Shown piece by piece: positions 1 to 12,940 of a stretch of DNA of 64,000 bases. Each line of letters opens with the position of its first letter. Positions within the stretch are counted from its first letter, which is position 1. The notes below the pieces were generated by a model. It saw only the letters and a list, made by a program, of their open reading frames with translations, searched no databases and was not told where the DNA came from. Source of the DNA: Mustelus asterias (Eukaryota); the NCBI RefSeq assembly GCF_964213995.1, contig NC_135818.1:61628001-61692000 (forward strand), in the 5' to 3' direction. Position numbers and translations under genes: made by a program.

Positions 1-360
1 GAGATGCGTGACCCTGGCGAAACCCAAACTGAGCAGCAGTGAGCAGATTATTGTTGAGTAAGTGCAGCTAGAAAGCACGGTGAATGACAACGCCCATCAC
101 TTTGCTGATGATCGAGAGTAAATGGGGCGGTAATTAGCCGGGATGGATTTATCTTTTTTTTGTGCACTGGACATATCTAAGCAATTTTCCACTTTGCCAG
201 ATAGATGACATTGTTGTAGCTGTCCTGGAACAGCTTGGTGGAGCAGCTAGTCTTGGAGCACATGTCTTCAGTACTGTTGCTGGAAGGTTGTAAGGGCCCA
301 TAGCCTCAGCAGTTTCCAGTTCCTTCAGCCATTTGTTGATGTCGGTGCGGATGAGAATAA
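1..360 (-). mobile_element. Old CR1/L2-type LINE ORF2 fragment
   Basis: Minus translation DINKWLKELETAEAMGPYNLPATVLKTCAPRLAAP is the K-A-x-G-P-D pre-RT motif; same family as 9630-12310 and 54520-55300. Confidence 0.75.
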
Positions 361-1470
361 AGATTGCAGCGAGGATAGGCAAATGGACAATGGTTTTGTG
401 GTACAGAGGCCACTCAAGTGTGGGAGGACAAAGAGGCATGTTGTGGTGGTGGGGGATAGCATATTGAGGAGATAGACCCTGTCGGGGAGTCAAACAAAGA
501 ACAAAGAAAATTACAGCACAGGAACAGGCCCTTCGGCCCTCCAAGCCTGCACCGACCATGCAGCCCGACTTAACTAATACCCTGTACCCTTCAGGGGACC
601 ATATCCCTCTATTCCCATCCTATTCATGTACTTGTCAAGATGCCCCTTAAAAGTCACTACCGTATCCGCTTCCACTACCTTACCCGGCAACGAGTTCCAG
701 GCACCCACTACTCTCTGTGTAAAAAATCTGCCTCGTACATCTCCTTTAAACCTTGCTCCTCGCACCTTAAACCTATGCCCCCTAGTAATTGACTCTTTCA
801 CCTGGGAAAAGGCTTCTGACTATCCACTCTGTCCATGCCTCTCATAATCTTGTAGAGTTCCATCAGGTCACCCCTCAACCTCCGTCGCTCCAGTGAGAAC
901 AAACCAAGTTTCTCCAACCTCTCCTCATAGCTAATGCCCTCCATACCAGGCAACATCCTGGTAAATCTTTTCTGTACCCTCTCCAAAGCCTCCACATCCT
1001 TCTGGTAGTGTGGCGACCAGAATTGAACAATATATTCCAACTGCGGCCTAACTAAGGTTCTATAAAGCTGCAACATGACTTGCCAATTTTTAAACTCTAT
1101 ACCCCGGCCGATGAAGGCAAGCATGCCATATGCCTTCTTGACTACCTTCTCCACCTGCATTGCCATTTTCAGTGACCTGTGTACCTGTACACCCAGATCC
1201 CTTTGCCTATCAATACTCTTAAGGGTTCTGCCATTTACTGCATATTTCCTATCTGTATTGGACCTTCCAAAATGCATTACCCCACATTTGTCTGGATTAA
1301 ACTCCATCTGCCATCTCTCCGCCCAAGTCTCCAACTGATCTATATCCTGCTGTATCTTCTGATTGTCCTCATCGCTATCTGCAAATCCAGTTACATTTTC
1401 CTCCAAATCATTTATATATATTACAAACAGCAAAGGTCCCAGCACTGATCCCTGAGGAACACCACTTGTC

Positions 1471-1500
1471 CCCAGTCCAACGCCGGCATCTCCACATCAT
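1471..1500 (+). mobile_element. 30-bp Penelope pseudo-LTR tail micro-insertion
   Basis: cccagtccaacgccggcatctccacatcat flanked by 14-bp direct repeat gaacaccacttgtc (1457-1470, 1501-1514); reverse complement of 11730-11759. Confidence 0.9.
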
Positions 1501-1572
1501 GAACACCACTTGTCACAGCCCTTCATTCAGAAACGCACCCTTCCACTGCTACCCTCTGTCTTCTTTGACGGA

Positions 1573-2407
1573 TGTGGAAACCCCCACTTCTTGCCTTCAA
1601 ACAACCGCACAACCTCAAACAGACCATTGTCCGCAGCAAACTACCCAGCCTTCAGGAGAACAGTGACCACGACACCACACAACCCTGCCACAGCAACCTC
1701 TGCAAGACGTGCCGGATCATCGACACAGATGCCATCATCTCACGTGAGAACACCATCTACCAGGTACACGGCACATACTCTTGCAACTCGGCCAACGTTG
1801 TCTACCTGATACGCTGCAGGAAAGGATGTCCCGAGGCATGGTACATTGGGGAAACCATGCAGATGCTACGACAACGGATGAATGAACACCGCTCGACAAT
1901 CACCAGGCAAGACTGTTCTCTTCCTGTTGGGGAGCACTTCAGCGGTCACGGGCATTCGGCCTCTGATATTCGGGTAAGCGTTCTCCAAGGCGGCCTTTGC
2001 GACACACGACAGCGCAGAGTCGCTGAGCAGAAACTGATAGCCAAGTTCCGCACACACGAGGACGGCCTCAACCGGGATATTGGGTTCATGTCACACTATT
2101 TGTAACCCCCACAGTTGCGTGGACCTGCAGAGTTTCACTGGCTGTCTTGTCTGGAGACAATACACATCTTTTTAGCCTGTCTTGATGCTCTCTCCACTCA
2201 CATTGTTTTGTTTCTTAAAGACTTGATTAGTTGTAAGTATTCGCATTCCAACCATTATTCATGTAAATTGAGTCTGTGTCTTTATAAATTCTGTTTGTGA
2301 ACAGAATTCCCACTCACCTGAAGAAGGGGTTTAGAGCTCCGAAAGCTTGTGTGGCTTTTGCTACCAAATAAACCTGTTGGACTTTAACCTGGTGTTGTTA
2401 AACTTCT
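1573..2407 (+). mobile_element. Penelope-like element (Neptune-type), 5'-truncated, with GIY-YIG endonuclease and pseudo-LTR
   Basis: ORF 1572-2105: Cys linker PCHSNLCKTC, NVVYLIRC...WYIGET...RQRMNEH; flanked by direct repeat ttctttgacgga (1561-1572, 2408-2419). Confidence 0.95.
2315..2351 (+). ncRNA. Minimal type I hammerhead ribozyme in PLE pseudo-LTR
   Basis: cac-CTGAAGA-a-ggggt/gctcc stem II-GAAA-gc-TT-gtg. Confidence 0.8.
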
Positions 2408-3372
2408 TTCTTTGACGGAGCCAGTTTTGTATCCACCTTGCCAGCTCATCTCTGATCCCATGCGACTTCAGCTTCTGCACCAGTCTGCCATGAGGGACCT
2501 TGTCAAAGGCCTTACTGAAGTCCATGTAGACAACATCCACTGCCCTACCCTCATCAATCATCTTCGTCACTTCCTCGAAAAACTCGATCAAATTCATGAG
2601 ACACGACCTCCCCTTCACAAAACCATGTTGCCTCTCACTAATACGTCCACTTATTTCCAAGTGGGAATAAAGCCTGGCCTCGAAGAATCCTCTCCAATAA
2701 TTTTCCTGCCACTGATGTAAGGTTCACCAGCCTGTAATTACCTGGATTATTCTTGCTACCTTTCTTAAACAAAGGAACAACACTGGCTATTCTCCAATCC
2801 TCTGGGGCCTCCCCTGTAGCCAGTGAGGATACAAAGATTTCTCTCAAGGCCCCAGCAATTTCCTCCCTTGCCTCTCTCAGTATTCTGGGGTATATCCCAT
2901 CAGGCCCTGGGGACTTGTCTACCTTAATGTTTCTCAAGAACCCCAATACATCCTCCTTTTTGATCTCAACATGACTCAAACTATCTACACATCCTTTCCC
3001 AGACTCATCATCCACCAAGCCCTTCTCTTTGGTGAATACTGACGCAAAGTACTCATTTAATACCTCGCCCATTTTCTCTGGCTCCACGCATAGATTCTCT
3101 CCCTTGTCCTTGAGTGGGCCAACCCTCTCCCTGGCTACCCTCTTGCTCTTTATATGTGTATAAAAAAAGCCTTGAAATTTTTTAAAATCCTGCTGGTCAA
3201 TGCTTTTACATGATCCCTTTTAGCCCTTCTTACTCCTGGCTTAAGTTTCTTTCTACTTTCCTTGTATTCCACACTTGCTTCGAGTGTTCCCAGCCTCCTA
3301 GCTTTGACAAATGCTTCCTTTTTCCCTTTGACTAGGCTCACAATATCTCTCGTTATCCAAGGTTCCCAAAAC

Positions 3373-3587
3373 GAGTCGGTTAGCTCGGTTGGCTGGACAG
3401 CTGATTAGTGGTGTAGAGTGACACTGACAGCGTTGGTTCAATTCCCATACTGGCTAAAGTTATTCATGAAGGTCTGCCTTCTCACCCATGCCTAAGGTGT
3501 GGTGACCCTCAGGTTAAATCACCCCCAGTCAATCAAAGGGGAGAGCAACCTATGGTCATCTGGGACTATGGTGACTTTACTTTTACT
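3373..3587 (+). mobile_element. tRNA-derived SINE (family B, ctttac tail)
   Basis: A box tagctcggttgg, B box ggttcaattccc; homologous to 7838-8027 and 52505-52692. Confidence 0.75.
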
Positions 3588-3627
3588 GTTCTCTGTAGCT
3601 GCAAATGGGAGTCCCAAAGATCATAAT

Positions 3628-3760
3628 AACAAAATATTGCGGATGCTGGAATCTGAAACAAGAATGGAGGATGCTGGAAAAACTCAGCAGGTCTGACAGC
3701 ATCTGGAAGGAGAGAAACAGAGTTAAAGTTTCGTGGCAACAGACCCTTTGTCAGAACCGA
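3628..3760 (-). mobile_element. Short PLE-derived pseudo-LTR of a second family with a degenerate hammerhead
   Basis: Minus strand gtt-CTGACAA-agggtc...GAAAC-ttt-aac; homologous to 38745-38850. Confidence 0.55.
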
Positions 3761-5812
3761 AGGGATCGAGAATGTGTTAAGAGATATAGAAGCTGCAACA
3801 AAATAGTACCAACTTTAAGAACAAAAGACCTGGTGTGGGAGGAGGGTGTTTTGCATTGAGGTGTCCCGAAGGTCATGTTGCCTGCTCAGTTTCAGGATTA
3901 AAGACATCTCCTTGTGGCTTGAGACGAACATGGAAAAAAATGAGGCAGATTGCCGTTGTTGTGGTTCATGTGTGAAACAACAGTAGAATTAGTAATGAGG
4001 TTCTGCTGAGGGAGTTGGAGGAGCCAGGGTACAAATTATAAAAGCAATATCTCAAAGATAATAAACTCTGGATTATTACCGGAACCATACACACACACAT
4101 TGGCATCTGGATAAACAGATGAGAAGTTTAAATGAATGGCTGGAAGACTGGTGTAGGAAGCAGGTGTTTCAATTCATGGGACATTGGCAGCAGTAGAGGG
4201 TGTTCTGTTGAAATGGACTTCACTTAATCTGTGGTTAACTGGGCAAGTAAAGGATAATATTCAATGAAAAGAGGCTGACAATGCTACCAAAGGAGTGATA
4301 AATTGTGGATAAGGGAGGGTTTAAAAATCAGCAATGGATGATGAAGAAATTGATATGAAGGGAGAAATTAGAATATGAGTGCAAACTAGCAGGAAACATA
4401 AAAAGAGATTGTAAAAGCTTTTATAAATATGCAAAAAAAGGAAGAGATTAGTGAAAGTGAATGTGTGTTCCTGAGAGGCAGAAAGAGGAGAAATTATAAT
4501 GGTGAGTAAGGAAATTAGACATTAAAAATTAAAGGGCATTAAACAAATATTTTGATTCTGTCCTCACCGTTGAAGACAGAAAGTGCGTAGGGAAATAACG
4601 GGGAATCAGAGGTCTAATGAGAGTGAGGAACTGAAGATAATTAATGTTATTAAATAAAAAATTATTAGGAATTAGTGACACAACAAACTGACAAACCTCC
4701 TGGAAATGATGACATCTACTCAGGCCTTAAAAGAGGAGGTTGTAGAGATAGTGGGTGGATTGGCTTTGATCCTTCAGGATTCCCCAAAATTCTATGAAGG
4801 TCTCATGGATTGAAAGACAACAAATGTAGTCTTGTTGTTCAAGAAAGGAGGGAGAGAGAAAACAGGCCAGAAGCTAGGCTCTTTAGCCTGATATGAGTAT
4901 GTAGCAGGGCCCCGAGAGCAGGTGGCGATGGTGGGGTGGAGCACTGAACCGGGGGATTGTTCAGTCACAGTGGGCCCCACCCTGCAGGGCGCAGGGTCTT
5001 TGACGAGCTGAGGGGTGGAGCCAGATGCCATGATATGAGGGAGGAAGCAGCAAGGACAAGTCGGGGACTTGTGAGTGGCAGTGTGGCAGGGGCGTAAGGC
5101 GGTTTGATGTCACTAGGGGTGGCTAATGAGCCAAGAAGGGGAGGCCTAGTCAAGTTGGCTGAACCTGAGAAACCTCATGGAGGGAGAGGGGAGTAAGACT
5201 GCAGCACGGAGCTGGGTAGCAGAACAAGCCTGGTGAGTTGCTGCGTTGAGGACCCGAGGCTCCAAATAGTGCCGAGATCTGGAGCGTATGCCTCGAATAT
5301 TCCCTGTAAATCATTTGTTTATCAGAGATATGCTTTCCTTTGAAAGTTTGTACATACATTGAGATTTTTTAAGTGCCCTGCTGTAACCTTCTTAATAATA
5401 GATTCTAGCATTTTCCTCATGACAGATGTTAAGCAAATTGGCCTGCGTTTCCCTGCTTTCTGTCTCCATCCTGTCTTGAACAGAAGACTTACTTTCACAA
5501 TTTTCTAATCTCCTGGGACCTTTCTAGACTCTCGGGATTTTTGGACAAATTAAAACATTGTGCGAGCAGATAACAAAATGGTTCTCTTGGGTTGTGTAAT
5601 AATAAGGAGGGTAAAATTGGAAGAGCGAGAAATATTTAAACAGAAAGCAAGAGTTGCTACGGGTATTTAAAAAGGAAGAAAAAAATAAAATGAATGTAGG
5701 CCCTCTAGAGAGTGAATCTGGGGAATTAATAATGGAAGGTAGGAAATGGTAGATGTATTGCACGGATATTTTGTACCTGCCTTCACTATAGAGGATACAA
5801 ATAAAATCCTGG

Positions 5813-6479
5813 TGTGCTACTTTGATATATTTTATGTTCAAGGTGGGGCTGCTTTAAGAGGCAGTGTTTTGGTTACAAGAGTCGATTTGTCTGGGTAAAC
5901 GTGCAGCTCAAATGCTGAGAATACAGAATAATAACTGAATTTAGCTGGGGATATATTTGTTACTTTGTAGAGTTAATTGACCTTTTGTTTATTTAGGTTC
6001 TCATGGGATTTCAGACTAGATACGCAGAGTCATGTAGTTAATGGGAGGAGCTAAACTTGCAGAAAAAAACAGTTTCATTTTCAATTTTAAATAAGGAGCA
6101 GTTGCTGCCCGGGGCTTCTAGGAGAAAGAAATGTGTGTGTGTCTCTCTCACTCCAGAGGCTTTCCAAGACTGGTAACTTAAGTCAAAGCAAGTATGTCTG
6201 TGTTCTTCTAAAAAATGTTAAAGAGGGGTTTAAGAGAAATATTGATTGGAATTAATAATGATAGATTAGCAGTTAAGAATTGTATCTTGCCATCTTTAAG
6301 TATTGCTCAATTTTTAAAAGTTAAGCTAAATCACTTGTTATAATTAAATTGTGTTGTTAAATAAAGTTTATTTTGATAAAAGCTCCCTAGTTTATCAGTT
6401 TAATACGAAAATAGAAAATTGTTGGGGTCTCGTCTGGCTTCATATTATATCTTGGGGTTTCTGATTTGGTATTGCAACA
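5813..6479 (+). mobile_element. Solo LTR (probably Gypsy-type)
   Basis: TGT...ACA termini, 4-bp flanks ctgg/ctag, AATAAA near 6360, interrupts CR1; right end matches the reverse complement of 40322 onward. Confidence 0.7.
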
Positions 6480-6710
6480 CTAGGAATGATTTTGAATCAG
6501 AAGGGACTTAAATCAATTAAAATCACCAGGGAAAGGGTAGAAATAAAATTAGAACTAAAAGCTGACAAGTTCCTAGGCCCTGATGGACTTCACCTTAGGG
6601 TTATAAAGGAAGTGACTGCTGAGATAATGGATACATTGGTTTTAATTTATCCAAAAGATTCCCTGGATTCTGGAAAGGTCCCATCAGATTAGAAAATAGT
6701 GAAAGTATTT

Positions 6711-7029
6711 CATAGAATCTACAGTGCAGAAGGAGGCCATTTGGTCCACTGAGCCTGCACCAACAACAATCCCACCCAGGTCCTATCCCCGTAAGCCCAC
6801 ATATTTACCCTCCTAGTCCCCCTGATACTAAGGGGCAAGTTATCATGGCCAATCAATCTAACCCGCACATCTTTGGAGCGTGGAAGGAAACTGGAGTACC
6901 CCGAGGAAACCCACGCAGACAGGGGGAGAAGGTGCAAACTCCACACAGTCAGTGACCCAAGCTGGGATTCGAGCCCGAGTCCCTGGCGCTGTGAGGCAAC
7001 AGTGCTAACCACTATGCTACCGTGCTGCC
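6711..7029 (-). mobile_element. HE1-type V-SINE
   Basis: tRNA-like head, V-domain (tgtgtggagtttgcac...tttcctccc), CR1-like tail ccttctgcactgtag. Confidence 0.9.
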
Positions 7030-7837
7030 TATGTCCTCTATTCAAGATAAGATGGAGACTGAAGTAGGGAAGTACAGGCGAATTTGCTTAACATCTGCCA
7101 TGGGGAAAATGCTAGAATCTATTATTAAGGGGCTTATAGTAGGACGCTTAGAAAATCTCAGTGCAACCAGGCAGAGTCTACATGGCTTTGTTAAAGGGAA
7201 GTAACGCTTGACTAATTTATTGGAAATCTTTGAGGAATTAACTGGCAACATGGATAAAAGGGAACATGTGGATGATGTGTACTTGGATTTCTAGAAGGCA
7301 TTTGACAAATTGACTGCATAAAGTTAGAGCTTCAGGTGTTGGGGATAGCTTATTCATATGGATGGAGGATTGGTTAGCTAACAGGAAACATGGGTACAAA
7401 TGGGTCACTTTTGTTTTGGCACGATGTAACAAATGGAGTGCCACAGGGGTCAATGCTGGGACCTCAACTATTTACAATCTAGATCAATGATTTGGATGAA
7501 GGTACCAAATGTACTGTTGCTAAATATCTTGATGACACAAAAATAGCTAGGAAAGTACATTGTTAAGAGGGCCTAAGGGATCTGCAAAGGGATTTAGATA
7601 ATTTAATTGAATGGGCACACATTTGGTAGATGGAGCTTAATGTGAAAAAATGTGAACTTGTCTACCTCGGCAGTAAATCTAAATGGAGAAAGATTGCAGA
7701 ACTCTGAGATGTCGAGGGATCTGGGCCCTGATACCTGAATCACAAGAAGTGAGTATGCAGGTGATCAGGAAGGCAAATGGAATATTTGTCATTGGGAACG
7801 GAATATAAAAACAAGGATGTTTTGATACAATTATAAA

Positions 7838-8027
7838 AGGTAAAGTTGCCATAGTAAAGGGAGAGAGCCGACTGGTGGTGATTTAACCTGAGGATCACCA
7901 CACCTCAGGTGAGGGGCAAGGGTGAGAAGGCAGACCTTCAGGAATAACTTCAGCCGGTACAGGAATTGAACCCACACTGTTAGGTATCACTATCCAGCCA
8001 TCCAGCCAACTGAGCTAACCAACCCCA
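7838..8027 (-). mobile_element. tRNA-derived SINE (family B)
   Basis: Reverse complement matches 3373-3587. Confidence 0.75.
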
Positions 8028-8709
8028 ACAATTGTATAGGGCATTGGTGAGACCAAATCTGGAGCACTGTTTACAGTCATGGTCTCGTTATTTAAATAAG
8101 GACATCATTGCATTAGAATCAGTTCAGAGAAGGTTCACCCCACTGATTCTTGGGATGGGGGGGGGGGGTTATCTTATGAGGGAGGTTGGACTGTTTGGGC
8201 CTGTACCCATTGAAGTTTGGAAAAATGAGAGGTGATCTTATTGAAACATCTAAGATCCTGAGGGGGCTTGACAGGGTGGAGGCTGAAAGAATGTTTCCCC
8301 TTGTGGGAGAGACCAGAACTTGGAGAAACAGTTTAAAAATAAGAGGAGGAGGGGAAGTTTTTTCTTTTCAGTATGTTGTGAGTCTCTGGAATTCTCTTCC
8401 CCAGATAGTGGTGGAGGCAGGAGCATTGAATATTTTTATGGCAGAGATAGATACATTCTTGACTAAGAAATGGTATTGTGGCTCGGTGGGATAGTGACAT
8501 TGAGACCACAATCAGATCAGCTATGATCTTATTGAATGGCGCAGCAGGCTTGAGGGGCTGAATGGCCTCTTTCTGCTCTTAATTCACTATGTTTGAAATA
8601 TTTTAACAACATAGCAGGCTAAGGGTTAATCAGCATGCTTGTAGTTGAGGAATATTTGATTGTAATGGAGGGTGTGATGTTCAGAGGGTCACTGTATTGT
8701 CATAGAGTT

Positions 8710-9017
8710 ATCATAGAATCCATACAGTGCAGAAGGAGGCCATTCGGCCCATGGAGTCTGCACCGACCACAATCCCACCCAGGCCCTACCCCCATAACCC
8801 CATGCATTTACCCTGCTAATCACCCTCGCACTATGGAGCAATTTACCATGGCCAATCAACCTAACCCGCACATCTTTGGACTGTGGGAGGAAACCAGAGC
8901 ACTCGGAGGAAACCCACACAGACACGGGGAGAACGTGCAGCCTCCAAATAGAGGCCGGAGTTGAACTTAGGTCCCTGGCGCTGTAAAGCAGCAGTGCTAA
9001 CCACTGTGTCACCGTGT
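8710..9017 (-). mobile_element. HE1-type V-SINE
   Basis: Similar to other copies over the full length. Confidence 0.9.
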
Positions 9018-9629
9018 CAAATTGTCTTGGACTACTTATGTAAAGAAGTATTCATAGACATACTGACCCCAGTATGCCCTAACCAGTATTGTGGATGCTG
9101 AGCATTCATCGTGGGATAAGCGCTCCCACGCCCACCAACGCATTGGACTCAAAGGAGCACATTTCATGAAACGGCCACGACATGATCCAGTTTCTGGGTT
9201 TCGGTGTTTATTCTGGGTGGAGCTGTGAACATCATCATATCTGGAGTTTGAGTCTGTGGGTTTCTCTGGAGGGCAGTAACCTGGGGTAGATACCTCAACC
9301 ATTGATTAGCTACCATTCAACCTGCTTCTTTAATCACAGAGCACAATGGACTGGTGCAAAATGAAGGAATTGTGGATGTCACCATACTGGCTTGGTTCTT
9401 GTATATTGAACCAGCTGCATATTAATGAGATGGAACCTTTCCTATTCATGTAGACCACAGATTTGGGGACCAGAATGACAGGGTATATGCTATCAAATCT
9501 GACACCTGCTACAAGCGCAGTGCCCTTTTGTGCGGCTGAATCCTGGGGAAAGTGATGAAAATATTCTCCAGGCAACAGGGTTTCTGTCACTTGATTAATT
9601 TGCACACAGAATACTGACTTTTTAAAATT

Positions 9630-12310
9630 CATTCACAAAGGTTCAGAATGTCATTGGCAAGGCCAGCATTTATTGTTCAATGCTAACTGTCTTTGTGAAA
9701 GTGAGTCGCTGTCTTAAACTGCCACAGTGCATTGTGGTGAGGATGAGGTTCAGTGAAGGGTTCCAGGATTTTGACCCAGCAAAGATGAAGGAATAACAAT
9801 ATATTTCCAAGTCAGGATGATGTATATCTTGAAGGAGAATGTGGAAGTGGTGGTGCTGCAACTTATCCTTCTAGGTGTTAGAGGTTGCAAGTTTGGAAGG
9901 TGCCATTGATGAAGTGGCTGCAATGCATTTTTGATGGCACGCACTGCAGGTAGGGTGCACAGAATGGGGTGCCAACCAAATGGGCCGCTTTGCCTCGGAT
10001 GGTTTGAGCTTCTTGAGTGTTGTTGGACCTATTCTCATCCAGACAAATGGAGAGTATTCCATCATGCTCCACACTTGTGCCTTGTACAGCTAGATGGTGG
10101 ACGGGCTTTGAGGAGTCAGGAGGTGAGCCACTTGCTGAACAGTACCCAGCCTTTGGCCTTCTCATTTATGTAACTGGTCTATGGATATATAAATTAGGAG
10201 CAGGAGTAGGCCAGTCGGCCCCTCGAGCCCGCTCTGCCATTCAATAAGATCATGGCTGATCTGATTGTAACCTCAACCCCACATTCCTGCCGACCCCCTC
10301 TGTTCCGGTCAAAAGTGATGTGAATGGGGGCTTTAATGATGGTAATGCCACTTAAGATTAAGGAGAGATAGTGATTGCCTGGAACTCGTGTGGCAAGATG
10401 TTATTTGTCACTTATAATTCAAGCCTATATGTTGTCCAGGCCTTGCTGCATCCGGGCACAGACAGAATCATTATCTGAGAAGTTGCAAGTGGAGCTAAGA
10501 CTGTACATACATCACAGATCATCCCTACTTCTGACTTGATGATGGAAGGAATGTCATTGAAGATGCAGCTAAAAATGGTTAGACCAAGACCTTACCCTGA
10601 AGAACTCTTGCAGTTCTTTCCAGACTAAACTGATTGGCCCCCAATAACTACAGTCATCTTATTTTGTGCTTGCTGTAACTTCCCCCTTACTCTGAATTGA
10701 CTTCAATTTTATATACTGGCTGAAGACACACTCATCAAATACTCGCTTGAAGTAAAGAACAGTCACACTCACTCCGTTCTTGAATATCAATTCTTTTGTG
10801 CATGATTGGAACAAGACTGTAATGTCGTCTTGAGCGAAGTGGTTCAGGCAGAACTCAAACTGTACATCAGTCAGCAGGTTATTGCTGTGTAAGAACCATT
10901 TGCCAGCAATGATGGGGACACTTTCCATCACTTCATTGATGATTGAGAATAGTCCGATGTGGCAGTAATTAGCTGGTATTGATTTGTCCTGCTTCCTGTG
11001 GACAGGCCATACCTCGGCAAATTTCCATTTTATCAGGTAGATGTTAGTGTTGTAGCTGTATTGGGACAGATGGGCTAGTTTTGGAGTACAACAGTTGGCG
11101 CGTTTTTGAGGACTAAATCCCGTGTGTTCAACTTTTTCCTGATATCATGTGGAGTGTATCAAATTGGTCGAAGACTGGCATCTCTGATGGTGGACCCTCA
11201 GGAAGAGATAGAAATAAATCATTCACTTGGCACTTCTGGCTGACAATGGTTGCGAATGCGTGGGCCTTGTCATTTTGTCCTGGGTTCTGCCAACACTGAG
11301 AATTGACACAATCAAGGAACTGCCTCTGCTGGTTTCATTGTCCATCACATGATGTGCAGAGCTTTGATCAGGCACTTTAGTTGTGGTTCACTTGGCCTTC
11401 ACTTTGGCTTCTCTGTGGCATGCTGTTTCCACTGTTTAGTATGCATATAGTTATGTGTTGCCGCTTCACCAGGTTGGCGCCTCATTTTTAGGTTTGCCTG
11501 GCATTGAACTAGAGTTGATCCTCGGACATGATTGCAATGGCCAAGTGGGCGATATGCCAAACCATAAGGTTATACAAATTGTGGTTGAATACAATCCTGT
11601 TGCTGCTGATGGCACACAGTGCCTCACGGATGCCCAGTTTTGAGCTGCTGGGTCTTCTCCATCTGCAGAGCTCTCTGCATTGCCTCCAGACCATTGCTCC
11701 ACTCATCCTGCTCTGGCTTCTTGATATCCATGATGTGGAGATGCCGGCGTTGGACTGGGGTAAACACAGCAAGAAGTTTACACACAATTCCCACTCACCG
11801 GAAGAAGGAGCTTAAGGCTCCGAAAGCTTGTGGCTTTTGCTACCAAATAAACCAGTTGGACTTTAACCTGGTGTTGTTAAACTTCTTACTGTGTTCTTGA
11901 TATCCTCCAGGATGTCAATAGAATCTATTCTATTCAACAAGGCGGTAGTGCCACAAAACACAATGGAGAGTGTTTCAGTGTTATGGCATAACTTCATCCC
12001 CACAAGGATTTTGCAATGATCACTCCCACCAATACTATCATGGACAGATACAACTGTGACAAGTAAATTAGAGAGAATGAGAGACTTTATGGAAATTAAT
12101 TTTCTCACCACCATCCATGAGCTCAGTCTGGCAGATAGTCCTTAAGGGCTTGTCCAGCACCATTAGCGGTGCTGCCTGGGTAGTCTTGGTGATGGACCTT
12201 GAAGGCCTCCCCCAGCCCCCAACCAGAGGACAATCTGTGCCCTTCATACTCCCGCACTTCTTCAAAGTGGTGTTCAACATGGAGGAGTACTGATTCATCT
12301 GTTGAGGGCG
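9630..12310 (-). mobile_element. Old CR1/L2-type LINE, fragmented, with a CR1 tail at about 10190-10300 and a PLE insertion at 11730
   Basis: 3' end ggccagcatttattg near 9660; homologous to 1-360, 54520-55300 and 59975-60296. Confidence 0.7.
11730..11893 (+). mobile_element. Penelope pseudo-LTR insertion: inverted tail plus direct pLTR with a mutated hammerhead (11796-11832)
   Basis: 12-bp TSD ttcttgatatcc (11718-11729, 11894-11905); core reads CGGAAGA instead of CTGAAGA. Confidence 0.9.
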
Positions 12311-12566
12311 GGCAATTGTGTTAATACAAAACATGGAACTAAGCTACGTGAGGTGGACTGAAAATAGAAGATGCAATAAATGTTCTTGCACATTCGTTCA
12401 AGATTTCCAAAAAGTTTTTAAAAATCTCTACTGAATTCCGATTCATTGAGACACTCTGTACATCAATACTGAATCAGTCACTTAGGTGTTAATGATGAAA
12501 GTCATTGCCTAAAGGTATTTGTGAGCTTCTTTATGGGAGATTTATGTCTCATTAAAATAATCTTTT

Positions 12567-12940
12567 TGGTTTGATTTATTATTGTCACGTGTATTGGGAT
12601 ACAATGAAAAGTATTGTTTCTTGCACACTATACAGACAAAGCATACTGTTCATAGAGTACAAAGGGAAGAAGAAAAAGAGAGAGTGCAGAATGTAATGTT
12701 ACAATCATAGCTAGGGTATAGAGAAAAATAAACTTAATGCAAGGTAGGTCCATTCAAAAGTCTGATGGCAGCAGGGTAGAAACTGTTCTTGAGTCGGTTG
12801 GTACGTGGCCTCAGACTTTTGTACCTTTTTCCTGACAGGAGAAGGTGGAAGAGAGTATGTCCAGGGACCTTCATTATGCTGGCTGCTTTTCCGAGGCAGC
12901 GGGAAGTGTAGACAGAGTCAATGGATGGGAGGCTGGATGG
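12567..12940 (-). mobile_element. Rex1/Babar-like LINE 3' fragment
   Basis: Reverse complement of about 19660-20030. Confidence 0.85.

Larger units (their letters stand above)
495..3370 (-). mobile_element. CR1 (HER1-like) LINE, 5'-truncated, interrupted by two Penelope-derived insertions
   Basis: ORFs 2638-3087, 2361-2660, 798-1445 and 574-801 give CR1 ORF2 motifs (KSPGPDGIYPR, QHGFVKGRSCL, YMDFSKAFDKVPH, LGPLLFVIYINDL, FFTQRVVGAWNSLP); repeated 3' tail near 495-515. Confidence 0.95.
3820..8590 (+). mobile_element. Old fragmented CR1 LINE (ORF1-like remnant to 3' end) with nested insertions and an inverted piece at about 5360-5575
   Basis: ORFs 6486-6692 (LKADKFLGPDGLHLRVIKEV), 7022-7204, 8032-8235, 8186-8494; CR1 tail near 8500-8590. 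Confidence 0.8.

Noticed and set aside
9036-9632. Minus-strand ORFs in non-repeat-looking DNA
   Set aside because: No recognisable homology; cannot support an exon call
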